A DNA stretch of 49,628 nt from a bacterium (GCA_046757165.1 JBHHXT010000014.1:1-49628), one strand, 5' to 3'. Counted from the first letter of the stretch, positions 17,681 through 27,301 are shown. The notes: a model not told the origin generated them from the sequence alone. Made by a program: numbers and translations.

Positions 17681-18745
17681 TTACCTCCGATTTCTTAGCT
17701 TATACACATAAGCAAAGACTTCCGCCACTGCCTGAAACAGTTCCACGGGCACCTCCTTGCCGATATCACACAGTTTGTACAGCGACTGGGCCAGGGGTTT
17801 GTTCTCGTAGATCGGGATATTGTGCTCCATAGCGATTTTTTTGATTTTGCGCGCTATCAACCGGGCGCCTTTTGCCAGCACCCGGGGCGCATCCATTTTG
17901 TCTGGCGCATATTTGAGCGCGACAGCGAACTCCGTCGGATTGGTGATGACGACATCCGCCTGCGGGACTTTTTCCATCATGCGCGCGCGCGCGCGTGTCA
18001 ATTGCAGACTGCGGATCGCAGTCTTGACCTGCGGATCGCCTTCCGCTTGTTTTTGTTCATCCTTCAACTCTTCCTTGCTCATACGCATGTCTTTCTTGAA
18101 CTGCCAGCGCTGATAGAACAGGTCGAGGATGGCCAGGACCAGGAGGGCGCCCAGGATGCGGGCAGCCACCTGAAACATGACGCGACCGATGAAGGTGATA
18201 ATTTCGACCAAGCTGTCGTTGACGAGGCTGAGATAGCGATCCTGGTAACTCATCAGCGTGTCGTAAGCGATCACGCCGACGATGAGCAATTTGAACAGGC
18301 CCTTCAGGAGCTCTGCCAGGGCCTTCATGTTGAAGAACTTCCCAAAACCAGACAGGGGATTGATTTTGGAAAGGTCCGGAGTCAGCGGTTTGGTGGTAAA
18401 CAGGAAGCCCACCTGAGAGATGTTGACGACGATGCCAACGATGGTGATGACCAGGACAAAAGGGCCGAGCAGTTGCACGAGCGATTTTAGACCGAGGAAG
18501 ACGAAGTAACGAGTGCTTTCGATGGTTAGCGTTAAATGGCCAACTTGCTGGTAGAAGACTTCGAACCCGAAAAGCAGGTGATTGAATATCCTGGTGCTGA
18601 TAAAGCTCAAGGTCATCAAACCGAAGAGAAGAATGAAAACTGAATTAAAGTCAGTACTCTTGGCGACCTTTCCCTCTTCTTTCGCCTGCGCCAGCCGTTT
18701 CGGCGACGCTTCCTCTGTTTTTTCCTGAAAAGAATCGTCGGCCAT
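17681..18745 (-). CDS. flhB: Export switch protein FlhB
   Basis: EKTEEASPKR, EGDPQVK, ADVVITNPTE.AVAL.Y (NPTE rather than NPTH) and AVAEV. Confidence 0.97.
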   Translation of the reverse strand: MADDSFQEKTEEASPKRLAQAKEEGKVAKSTDFNSVFILLFGLMTLSFISTRIFNHLLFGFEVFYQQVGHLTLTIESTRYFVFLGLKSLVQLLGPFVLVITIVGIVVNISQVGFLFTTKPLTPDLSKINPLSGFGKFFNMKALAELLKGLFKLLIVGVIAYDTLMSYQDRYLSLVNDSLVEIITFIGRVMFQVAARILGALLVLAILDLFYQRWQFKKDMRMSKEELKDEQKQAEGDPQVKTAIRSLQLTRARARMMEKVPQADVVITNPTEFAVALKYAPDKMDAPRVLAKGARLIARKIKKIAMEHNIPIYENKPLAQSLYKLCDIGKEVPVELFQAVAEVFAYVYKLRNRR

Positions 18746-18787
18746 GAATGCATGCTCATGTTTCGGATGAACGGCTGGCTCGGAAGC

Positions 18788-19681
18788 TTACTCGAAAACT
18801 TCGACAAAGCTCCTGACGAGTTTGCCATCAAACATCTTGTCTTCATTACTCCTGAGAAACTCCAGAGCATTTTCGATGGAGTTGAGGCGACGGTGCGGCC
18901 GGTCGGAAGTCCATGCATCAAAAAAATCCGTCACCGTGATGATACGCGAATATTCGTGGATGGCGTCTCCTTGCAGCTTGTTCGGATACCCGCAGCCGTC
19001 AAACCGTTCATGGTGCTGGACCGAGGCAACGGATGAGATGCCGTCAAAGAAGCAATTTCGTACCAAATGTGTGAACCCTTTGGTGGTGTGTTCCTTGACT
19101 TTTTCGAACTCCTTGTCTTCGAGCCTCGACTCTTTGTTGACAATTCTCTCGTCGATGAACTCCATGCCAAAATCATGCAGCAAGGCAGAAATAGCCAGGC
19201 TCAACAGTTTTCTGTCGTGGAAGTTGAGTTTGCACCCCAAGAAAATCGAGTAGACGGCCACGTACACCGAGTGTTGGTACAAGTAGTCGTCCTGCCGTTT
19301 CAGCTCCATGAGATGCATCGGGCGGCGCAAGGTATTTCTGATGTGTACGAGAATCGACTCCGCCAGCGAGATTAAATCGTTTCTTGCCTGCGAGGCCTTG
19401 AGCGTTTCCTCAGATTTGAGGTTGCGAAAGATATTCTTTAAGAGGTACGGCGCTGAAACCAGAAGACGGTCCGATGTGTAATTAAACCTGCCTGCTATCT
19501 CCGTATCATCCTCATTCAGAACAAAAATACTGCGATACCCCTTTTCCTGGAAATAGTCAAGAAACCGTGGCGTTAGGGTCACGCCTTTGCGCAGCAGCAA
19601 ATTTCCCGTGGCATTGTAAAGATTTTGACCCAAACGCTTTCCGACCAACGCAGGAGAAAGTTGCTCAATAATGACGCTCAA
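18788..19681 (-). CDS. HD-GYP domain protein (HDFGM variant)
   Basis: YLYQHS, ALLHDFGM, QHHERFDGCGYP and D.FDAWTSDRPHR. Confidence 0.9.
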   Translation of the reverse strand: MSVIIEQLSPALVGKRLGQNLYNATGNLLLRKGVTLTPRFLDYFQEKGYRSIFVLNEDDTEIAGRFNYTSDRLLVSAPYLLKNIFRNLKSEETLKASQARNDLISLAESILVHIRNTLRRPMHLMELKRQDDYLYQHSVYVAVYSIFLGCKLNFHDRKLLSLAISALLHDFGMEFIDERIVNKESRLEDKEFEKVKEHTTKGFTHLVRNCFFDGISSVASVQHHERFDGCGYPNKLQGDAIHEYSRIITVTDFFDAWTSDRPHRRLNSIENALEFLRSNEDKMFDGKLVRSFVEVFE

Positions 19682-19725
19682 TGCTCGCCTCCTCTTTTGG
19701 AGTAGTCATTTTGTCTGTAGACGGG

Positions 19726-20628
19726 TCAATTACTGTCAAAAAACCTCAAGAAATGTTTCACCATTCTTGGTGAGAATTGCCTGCCGTCTTGGTCATTGAT
19801 GTATTGCACTGCCTCATCTATGGTATGGAGCCGCCGGTAGGGCCGGTCTGATGTGTAGGCATCAAAGAAGTCAGCCACACTGATGATCTGGGAGTATTCG
19901 TGAATGTCGTCGCCCACTTTGCCTTCCGGGTAGCCAGCGCCGTCGTACCGTTCATGATGTTGCATGCAGACCACAGCTATCAACCCCTTGATGAAGCAAT
20001 TGCGCGCCAGGTGCTTGAAGCCGAGGATGGTGTGTTTGCGCATTTCCATGGTCTCTTTTTCGTCAAGCTCGTCTGGCTTGTAGAGAATCTCGTCATCGAC
20101 ATAGGTCATGCCAAAATCGTGCAACAGGGCAGCAAGCGCCAGGTCAAAGAGTTTGAGCTGGTGATACTGCGCGCTCTGCCCGATCAGAATGGCGTAGGCC
20201 GCAACATTGATTGCATGCTGATAAATATAGTCATTTTGCCGCTTCAGGTCGAGGATATCGGGTGGGTTGTGCATGCGGATGTTCACTTCCCGAATCAGGG
20301 CGTCTGCCAGAACGCTCAGGTCCTTTTTGGCATTGGAAATCTGGATCTTGTCCCGCCCTTTCAGCCTTTCATAGATGTTTCTGAGTGTAATTGGAGCGCT
20401 AGCCAGCAACTTCTCTGAGATAACATGGCCTTGAACCTTGGAGATCGCGGAAGGGGGCCCATTCAGCGCATAGACGCTCCTGTATCCGACCTCCTTGATT
20501 TTGGTGAGATGGAATTCCTTGATTTCTGCGCCCAATCCTAATAGCAAGTTCCCCTTTGGATTGTAAAGCTTTTGCCCGAGTCTTTGGCCAACAAGCTTTG
20601 AGTCCAACTCCAGAATTTGCAAATTCAT
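19726..20628 (-). CDS. HD-GYP domain protein (HDFGM variant), paralog of the adjacent gene
   Basis: YIYQHA, ALLHDFGM, QHHERYDGAGYP and DFFDAYTSDRPYR. Confidence 0.9.
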   Translation of the reverse strand: MNLQILELDSKLVGQRLGQKLYNPKGNLLLGLGAEIKEFHLTKIKEVGYRSVYALNGPPSAISKVQGHVISEKLLASAPITLRNIYERLKGRDKIQISNAKKDLSVLADALIREVNIRMHNPPDILDLKRQNDYIYQHAINVAAYAILIGQSAQYHQLKLFDLALAALLHDFGMTYVDDEILYKPDELDEKETMEMRKHTILGFKHLARNCFIKGLIAVVCMQHHERYDGAGYPEGKVGDDIHEYSQIISVADFFDAYTSDRPYRRLHTIDEAVQYINDQDGRQFSPRMVKHFLRFFDSN

Positions 20629-20637
20629 TATAGGCTC

Positions 20638-21423
20638 CTACAAATAAGTTAGTATGCTGTTGACGTCTTGCTTCCAGTTTGATAAGAGCGATGAAAAAAA
20701 CACGTAGAACACCGGCAAGGATGCGATAATGATAAATAACCCGGCTCCTAACCGCACGGGCAGGCCAATGAAGAAGATGTTCATCTGCGGTACCATCCGT
20801 GCCATGATTCCCATACATACTTCAAGCAAGAACAAGGTCGCCATCGACGGGGCAGCGAGCTTTATCCCGACCACGAGCAGATTGTTGAACATCAAAAGCA
20901 TTTGTCTGCCAGCGGCCGGCTTGATGAGATCGAGGTCTGCGACAGATGAAACCTCGAAGCTCTTATACAGGGCAGAGATGATCCAGTGGTGGCCATCCAA
21001 GAGTAGGAACAGGATAATGGCAACGATTGCATAGATGTTACCGATGGGCGTTGACGGAACGCCGTTGTCGGGATCGACCAGGTTGGCCATGCCAAGCCCC
21101 ATCTGGGTACTGATCAGCCTGCCTGCAAATTGAAAACTCTCAAACATGAACTTTGCGGTAAACCCCAGCAATAAACCTGCGACGCTCTCTTTGATGGTAA
21201 GGGGCAGCATCCCAACAAGCGTTAGGGATTCAAGACTGTCATCTGTCTTCAACATCGGCAGGAGCATGATGGTTAGAAACAGCGACAGAAAAACCTTTAC
21301 CTGAACGGGAACCGTCTTGCTGCCGAGAATGGGAGCCACCGTCACCAGGGAGGTGATACGGACTAGCGCCAGAACAAATCCGATCAGTTGTTTTTCGGAT
21401 AACCCTAAGATGTCATTTAACAT
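20638..21423 (-). CDS. fliR: Export gate FliR
   Basis: Polytopic membrane protein with QMGL, DP, R.VPQMNIF.IG.P. Confidence 0.95.
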   Translation of the reverse strand: MLNDILGLSEKQLIGFVLALVRITSLVTVAPILGSKTVPVQVKVFLSLFLTIMLLPMLKTDDSLESLTLVGMLPLTIKESVAGLLLGFTAKFMFESFQFAGRLISTQMGLGMANLVDPDNGVPSTPIGNIYAIVAIILFLLLDGHHWIISALYKSFEVSSVADLDLIKPAAGRQMLLMFNNLLVVGIKLAAPSMATLFLLEVCMGIMARMVPQMNIFFIGLPVRLGAGLFIIIASLPVFYVFFSSLLSNWKQDVNSILTYL

Positions 21424-21434
21424 CGGTCAAGGTC

Positions 21435-21704
21435 CTATTTCGAAATCACAGACATCTGTGCAAAGATGTTCCGCATAAAGTCGGTCAAGGTCTCGAGCAT
21501 CCAGGGCATCAACAACAGCACGACCAGGATCACGACCGCCATTTTGGGGATAAAGGTCAGGGTCATCTCCTGGATCGAGGTGACGGACTGGAAGATGCCA
21601 ACCATCAGTCCTACTATCATGCCACTGAGCAAAATGGGCGCACAAATAATAATTGCTGTTTTTACCGTCTGTTGACCCCAATATATTACAAATTCGGTTG
21701 TCAT
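21435..21704 (-). CDS. fliQ: Export gate FliQ
   Basis: GIFQSVTSIQEMTLTFIPK. Confidence 0.96.
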   Translation of the reverse strand: MTTEFVIYWGQQTVKTAIIICAPILLSGMIVGLMVGIFQSVTSIQEMTLTFIPKMAVVILVVLLLMPWMLETLTDFMRNIFAQMSVISK

Positions 21705-21722
21705 TGAAGACCCTTTAAGTTG

Positions 21723-22484
21723 TCAAAAGCCCGAAACGACGGATTCCACTACCAGGTACCAGCCGTCCACCAGGACGAAGAGCAGGATTTTGAATGGCAT
21801 GGAAATCATCATGGGCGGCAGCATCATCATGCCCATCGACATCAGGATCACGCCGACGATCAGATCGACCAGCAGCAACGGCATGTAGACGATAAAGCCA
21901 AGTTGAAAGGCAATTCTCAATTCGCTGATGATGAAGGACGGGATCAGGATGTAGGTTGGCAGCTCGTCAGCATTTTGCGGACGCTGAATCTTCGCAAGCC
22001 TGACGAACAGCATCAAGTCTTTCTCCCGCACTTGTTTCAGCATGAATTGACGCAGCGGTTTCATGGCGTTATCGATGGCCTCATCCTGGGAGATCTCATC
22101 CTTCAAGAATGGCTGCACGCTCTTTTCGTTAATTTCCGACAGCACCGGCTGCATGATGAAGAAGGTCAAGAACAGCGCTAGCCCGACAATGATTTGGTTG
22201 GCGGGCGTTTGCTGAGTCCCCAACGCCTGGCGCAAAAAATGGAACACGATGACGATGCGCGTGAAAGAGGTCATCATGATCATGATCGCCGGCGCCAGGG
22301 TGAGCACGGTAATCAGAAACAGAATTTGAATGGCCAGCGCGGAGTTTTCCTTGTTCGTCTGTCCCGGCAGCTCCACAGTGACTTTTGGCAAGGGTTGCGC
22401 GCTCTGCGCCAACGCGGAGTCGAGTGAGCTTACAAATAACAGGCCTAACAAAACCCCGAGTTTCAGCAATTTCCCTGGCTGCAT
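21723..22484 (-). CDS. fliP: Export gate FliP
   Basis: MTSFTRIVIV, MSMGMMMLPP and PFKILLFVLVDGW. Confidence 0.97.
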   Translation of the reverse strand: MQPGKLLKLGVLLGLLFVSSLDSALAQSAQPLPKVTVELPGQTNKENSALAIQILFLITVLTLAPAIMIMMTSFTRIVIVFHFLRQALGTQQTPANQIIVGLALFLTFFIMQPVLSEINEKSVQPFLKDEISQDEAIDNAMKPLRQFMLKQVREKDLMLFVRLAKIQRPQNADELPTYILIPSFIISELRIAFQLGFIVYMPLLLVDLIVGVILMSMGMMMLPPMMISMPFKILLFVLVDGWYLVVESVVSGF

Positions 22485-22501
22485 TTGGCCGCATCCTGCG
22501 T

Positions 22502-23017
22502 TTACTTCCTCATCCAGTTGTTGAGCAACTTCTTGAAAGCCGGTTCAGAAATCGCCTTGCCTTGCAAGAGGGTTTCCTTGAGATGGTCGCTCAGTTCTTG
22601 CATCGGAACATCCAGCAAAACGGTGACCTGATTCTCGGTCAGCCCCAGAACAAGGAAATGGTCCAGGACCTGAACCAGGTAGACAGACTTTTTGGGGGCC
22701 AGGAAAGTGGTTCCGAGCACTTTGACCGCCGCTGAGGTGCTGCCCCCTCGCCCATACAGGCTGTTTTTGTAAAACCGCAAGACGAGATAGAGAACGAGAC
22801 CAAGTCCCGCGATGATTCCGAGCGCTTTTGCAAACACAGCAATTGGATCGAGTGGTGGAGCCGAAGTGAAATGGACCGTCTCAGATGTGTCTGGTTGGAC
22901 GGGAGGGGGTGTTTCCTGAGCCGATGTGGCGTCTGATAAGTTGAAAAGGCTCACTCCGAGAGCCAGTACCAAGGCCACTTTCCACACCAGTCCCGTCCCT
23001 GACACGAACCCGCTCAT
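22502..23017 (-). CDS. fliO: FliO
   Basis: TM segment followed by VLG...L.PKKSVYLVQV...LVLG.T. Lies between fliN and fliP. Confidence 0.85.
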   Translation of the reverse strand: MSGFVSGTGLVWKVALVLALGVSLFNLSDATSAQETPPPVQPDTSETVHFTSAPPLDPIAVFAKALGIIAGLGLVLYLVLRFYKNSLYGRGGSTSAAVKVLGTTFLAPKKSVYLVQVLDHFLVLGLTENQVTVLLDVPMQELSDHLKETLLQGKAISEPAFKKLLNNWMRK

Positions 23018-23529
23018 CCAATTCGCTTCAACGTTTCCACATTTAGCAATTTTGTAATTCTCACTCCGAAGTGATCATCGACGACCACGACTTCCCCCTC
23101 GGCGATTTTGCTCTGGTTGACATAGATATCGACCGGCTCGTCGGCGACTTTGTTGAGCTCGACCAACGAGCCTTTGCCCAGTTGCAGCACATCTCCGAAG
23201 CGCATTTCTTTTCGTCCGAGCTCAGCGGTAATCTGCAGCGAGACATCCATCAAAAGCTCCAGATTTCTGGCCTGCTCGATCTGGACCGGCTCTGGATGCT
23301 CTATCTCGCCGACCGGTTCTGGCTCGCCCTCCTCCTCCTCCTCGGCATCCATACTCTCCAGCTCTGCCAGCATTGCTTCTTCAGCAGCGATTTCTTCTGC
23401 TGATTTCTCCAACACCTCTTCCGCTGGAGCGGGTTTCTCGGTCAAAGCCTGCTCACCTTCTCCGGTGCCTTCTGGGTCGTCACGCTGCTCTTCACCAGGC
23501 AAAGATTCTTCTGTCAACTCGTCTGCCAT
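23014..23529 (-). CDS. fliN: C-ring protein FliN with acidic N-terminal extension
   Basis: SpoA domain LLMDV.L.ITAELG...GSLVEL.K..DEPVDIYVN...AEGEVVVV..FGVRIT. Confidence 0.93.
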   Translation of the reverse strand: MADELTEESLPGEEQRDDPEGTGEGEQALTEKPAPAEEVLEKSAEEIAAEEAMLAELESMDAEEEEEGEPEPVGEIEHPEPVQIEQARNLELLMDVSLQITAELGRKEMRFGDVLQLGKGSLVELNKVADEPVDIYVNQSKIAEGEVVVVDDHFGVRITKLLNVETLKRIG

Positions 23530-23574
23530 GCCACGAATCCATGCTTTAGAAGCTGGCTCTCCGGCCAGGTGACA

Positions 23575-24087
23575 TTATTGGAGAAGGTATTTTTTGAAAT
23601 AGATTCTTTCGAATTTGCCCTCTGCCATCCTGTTGTTTAGGGTCTCCAGGATTTGTTTCTTGAGTTTCTTCCTGATGGAAAGCTCGAGCAATTCCTCAGC
23701 GGTCTTCTTGGTCAGAAGGGTAATGATGGCATCACGAATCCAGATTTCCTTACTGGTCGCTTCCTCGAGCAGCTTTGAGTTGTCGGTTTCCAGGGCCAGT
23801 TCCAGGACCAAATACCGCCGTCCGCCTGATTCCGCCGGGTTGATGACGAGATCAGTAATCTCATAGAATTGCCCGACTTCCAGATTCTCTTTCTTGGGTT
23901 TTGGCTCCTCTACATGGTTCGGATGTTTGAGCAACACGTTAAAGACAATGTAATAGGCCGCGGCGGCCTGAATAAGAAGAATGACGGGGATCAAAATGAT
24001 CTTTAACATGCCACCCTTTTTTTCCCCATTCTGATCATCGGTTGCTTCTGCCGATTCTTGATCCTTTTTGACATTGTCGTTTGCCAT
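23575..24087 (-). CDS. fliL: FliL
   Basis: N-terminal TM segment, VINP...RYL, IRD.II..L and IYF..Y. An alternative start exists at 24108. Confidence 0.9.
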   Translation of the reverse strand: MANDNVKKDQESAEATDDQNGEKKGGMLKIILIPVILLIQAAAAYYIVFNVLLKHPNHVEEPKPKKENLEVGQFYEITDLVINPAESGGRRYLVLELALETDNSKLLEEATSKEIWIRDAIITLLTKKTAEELLELSIRKKLKKQILETLNNRMAEGKFERIYFKKYLLQ

Positions 24088-24104
24088 GACTTTCCGTACC
24101 TTGG

Positions 24105-24806
24105 TCAAATTTTCACTCTAATCACAACACGTCTATTTTTCGCCCGGTTTTTCGTGGAAGTGTTCGGTACCAGGGGTTTGTGTTCTCCGAAGCCCGAGGC
24201 GGATATTCTGGTCGGATCGACCATCTTCTTGTTGACAAAATAGCGCAGAACGTGCAAGGCCCGGTCCAGGGACAACTCCCAGTTGGAGGGGTATTGCGGT
24301 GTACTTATCGGCACATTGTCGGTATGTCCTTCAACAATTATTTGCTCTGCTTCCCCAAAAAACAGCTTGGCGATGATGCTTAGCAATTTCAGATAGTTGG
24401 GTCTCAGGTCCGCCTTGCCGGGTGAAAAAAGCATGTTGTCTTTGATCTGGACGAACAGTTCGCCCTCGTCACTCCATTGAACGTCGACTTTGTCCTCCAG
24501 CTTGTTGTTTTCGATGCTCTTTCTCATCTTTTGCAGGTGGTCCAGAACGCTGCGTTGTTTGACGTTAGAGGGCGAGAACCAGCTCTGGTCCGGCGCCAGT
24601 TTCTTCTGGATACCGATAACGCCGAACGCGCCTTTGAGCGATCCCATCGCCATCTTGAATTTGTCCAGTTCCATGGTGGAGAACGACATGATCAGGATGA
24701 AAAAGCACATCAACAAGGTCATCATATCTGCGAACGTCCCCATCCAGGCTGGCGACGATGGCATGTCGTCTCCGTCGTCTTCGACTTTTTTCTTCTTGTC
24801 GCTCAT
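24105..24806 (-). CDS. motB: Stator B subunit (PomB/MotS-like)
   Basis: WMGTFADMMTLLMCFFILIMSFS, plus OmpA-like GHTDN, NWELS..RA and NRRV. Confidence 0.95.
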   Translation of the reverse strand: MSDKKKKVEDDGDDMPSSPAWMGTFADMMTLLMCFFILIMSFSTMELDKFKMAMGSLKGAFGVIGIQKKLAPDQSWFSPSNVKQRSVLDHLQKMRKSIENNKLEDKVDVQWSDEGELFVQIKDNMLFSPGKADLRPNYLKLLSIIAKLFFGEAEQIIVEGHTDNVPISTPQYPSNWELSLDRALHVLRYFVNKKMVDPTRISASGFGEHKPLVPNTSTKNRAKNRRVVIRVKI

Positions 24807-25588
24807 GCCTCAGCTTCCTCGCTTTCGTTTTCTTCCTGGCCTCGACTTCCCGGCGCCAGATAAGACTGCAACTTAGTTTGGATCACTCGCGGCGACTCTT
24901 CTGCCTGCACCGCCAGGATGCCCATGAGCAGCATCTCCTTGAACCGTATTTCTTGTTCCGAGCGGACTTTGAGCTTGCCAGACATCGGAATAAAGAACAG
25001 GTTGGCGAAGAGCGAACCATAGAAGGTTGTCACCATAGCCATGGCCATGCCCGGCCCCACCGACGAAGGATCCTCCAGATTTTGGAGCATCAGAATGAGA
25101 CCGACGAGTGTGCCAATCATGCCAAAGGCCGGGCAGTAAGCGCCCATCGCCATGAAGATCTTCTGGCCGGTTTTGTGCCGTTCGGTCATGATCGCCAGCT
25201 CTGCTTCCATGATGTTGCTCAGGTCTTCTGCCTCCGTGCCGTTGACCACATGCTGCAACGTCACTTTCATGAAATCCTGGTCGACTTTATCCAAATCCTC
25301 TTCGATGGCCAGCAAGCCGTTGGTTCGTGCTTTCTTGGAGATCAGCACAATTTGCTCAATATATTTCTCTGGCGTGATGGGGTCCTCTTTCAAAACCTTC
25401 TGAGTGACTTTCATCAAGCCCATCACGTCCTGGAAGGGAAAGTTAACCAGTGCCGCTGAGAACGTGCCGCCAAGCACGATGAGCAAGGATGGAATATCAA
25501 TGAATGGTGCGACGCCCCCGCCCATGATCATGGAGAGCACCACCAGTCCCATCCCCGCGGCAATGCCGATTATCGTTCCTTTGTCCAT
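24803..25588 (-). CDS. motA: Stator A subunit (PomA/MotP-like)
   Basis: IVLGGT, GLLAIE, PAFGMIGTLVGL and GPGMA.A.VTTFYG. Confidence 0.95.
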   Translation of the reverse strand: MDKGTIIGIAAGMGLVVLSMIMGGGVAPFIDIPSLLIVLGGTFSAALVNFPFQDVMGLMKVTQKVLKEDPITPEKYIEQIVLISKKARTNGLLAIEEDLDKVDQDFMKVTLQHVVNGTEAEDLSNIMEAELAIMTERHKTGQKIFMAMGAYCPAFGMIGTLVGLILMLQNLEDPSSVGPGMAMAMVTTFYGSLFANLFFIPMSGKLKVRSEQEIRFKEMLLMGILAVQAEESPRVIQTKLQSYLAPGSRGQEENESEEAEA

Positions 25589-25625
25589 TCCTATAACCTC
25601 AGATTAATGCTTGCCCCTAACTGCG

Positions 25626-27263
25626 TTAACGCTTCAGTTGTGTCACTTCACTGAGTATTTGGTCAGTCACGGTAATCACCCTGGCATTGGCTTGGAACGC
25701 TCGCTGGGCGATGATCATCTCCGTGAACTGGCGGGCCAAATCGACATTCGAGGCTTCCAACGTGCCGGAAAGAACCGTGGCCGAAATATCCGCTTGTGCT
25801 TTGCCGATCGCAGGGATGCCCGTGCTGGCCGAAAGCGCATAGGCATTGTTTCCTATATGCAGCAAGCCTTCGGGATTGTTTATCTTGGCGATGGCTAGCT
25901 GAGCGATCAAGCGGGTTTTACCGTTGGTGAAGGATCCCATGATCTGACCCGCGGAGTCGACCGAAAACGAGCTGAGCTGTCCTTGCGATTGTCCATCCTG
26001 GTAGGGCAAAAGGATGGACGAGTTTCCCGCAAACTGCGTCACGCCGCTGAACTTGGTCACGTTTTCAAAGTCGAGGTTAATGCTGACGTCGGTGGCCCCG
26101 TTGCCTGGATCGAACACCAGCAGGGATTCGCCGTCGTCGTAGATAATCGTATCGAGACTGCCGTCGCTCGCAAAAGCAATGGTTCCGGTGTTCCCTTCAC
26201 TGATGGTTTCGTCGCCTGCGAGGGTCATTTCGAACGTCCATTCTCGAGTGTTTTCAGTCTTGGTGAACGTGAGGTTCATCGTGTGTTTGGCGCCCAGACT
26301 GTCAAAGATTTCGATCGAGGTGGAGGTCTCGGGGGAGAAGCCTTCCGCCGTGTTGACGAAACCAGGGAGCGTGATCGCGCCCGTGTTGCCAGCAGCCTCC
26401 GATAGCGTAATGGTAAGCTCACTTTCACCGTAATTGGCATCGGTCAAAACGATTTTGCCGTCGACAAGAGTGACTGTTCCATCGAACGCGCCCTCGATTT
26501 GGTTGAGCAAGTCATCAACCGTGGTGCCGTCGTTGCCGGCGCCATACGTGAAGGTGGCACTGACGCTTGTACCATCGAAGTCGGCACCGGTTATGTTGAT
26601 GACATCCCCATCCACCAAAGATGTGGTGACCTGATCGAGATCGTTTATTTCTGTGGTCGCGACTGCCGCCGTGCCGCCTCCGGTGGAGAATGCTCGACTG
26701 GCGGTCCACTGCTCCTGCACCGGCTCTGCGTCCGCATCCAGGTTGCCCGCGATGGCGACGTTTCGAGTCGCAATGGCCGGCGAGATAACCGAAGCGTCAA
26801 AGACAATGTCGCCGAGGGGTGCGGTCTGGGGCAGCTCACCGTCCTGTTCGGCTGTCCAGCCCTGGACTGTCGCACCATTGGCCGTGACCAGCCGCCCGTT
26901 CCCGTCAAAGTGTAGATTGCCCGCCCGGGTGTAGAGCTGCCGGTTCCCATCACTGAGGACCAGAAAGCCCTCTCCGTCGATGCCGATATCCGTTACTTTT
27001 CCGGTAGTCTGCAAGATGCCTTGCGAAAAATCTCGCTCGATGGTGCCGGTGCGCACACCCAATCCGACCAGAACGGCATTTCGCGAACCGCCGGAGGCCG
27101 ATTGACTGGAGCTGCGCAGCAACTGGCTGAGCTCCTCTGAAAAGTGGATCCTGGAGGTCTTGAACCCGATTGTGTTGATATTGGCAATATTGTTGCCGAT
27201 CACGTCCATCTTCAACTGATTGTTCGCCAACCCTGAGACGCCAGAAAACAAAGCTCGCATCAT
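25626..27263 (-). CDS. flgE: Hook protein FlgE
   Basis: SGVSGL..NQ..MDVIGNNIANINT.GFK, YTRAGN and LEASNVDLA.QFTEMI.AQRAFQANAR. Includes an inserted domain. Confidence 0.96.
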   Translation of the reverse strand: MMRALFSGVSGLANNQLKMDVIGNNIANINTIGFKTSRIHFSEELSQLLRSSSQSASGGSRNAVLVGLGVRTGTIERDFSQGILQTTGKVTDIGIDGEGFLVLSDGNRQLYTRAGNLHFDGNGRLVTANGATVQGWTAEQDGELPQTAPLGDIVFDASVISPAIATRNVAIAGNLDADAEPVQEQWTASRAFSTGGGTAAVATTEINDLDQVTTSLVDGDVINITGADFDGTSVSATFTYGAGNDGTTVDDLLNQIEGAFDGTVTLVDGKIVLTDANYGESELTITLSEAAGNTGAITLPGFVNTAEGFSPETSTSIEIFDSLGAKHTMNLTFTKTENTREWTFEMTLAGDETISEGNTGTIAFASDGSLDTIIYDDGESLLVFDPGNGATDVSINLDFENVTKFSGVTQFAGNSSILLPYQDGQSQGQLSSFSVDSAGQIMGSFTNGKTRLIAQLAIAKINNPEGLLHIGNNAYALSASTGIPAIGKAQADISATVLSGTLEASNVDLARQFTEMIIAQRAFQANARVITVTDQILSEVTQLKR

Positions 27264-27301
27264 GATTAGGGTACTCCAAAGTTAAATGGTTTGTGGGTGT
27301 T

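Noticed and set aside
19580..19640. RLGQ..L in the HD-GYP N-termini as a possible MshEN c-di-GMP motif
   Set aside because: The spacing does not fit RLGxxLLxxGLI...LxxQ. It looks like the common N-terminal domain of stand-alone HD-GYP proteins.
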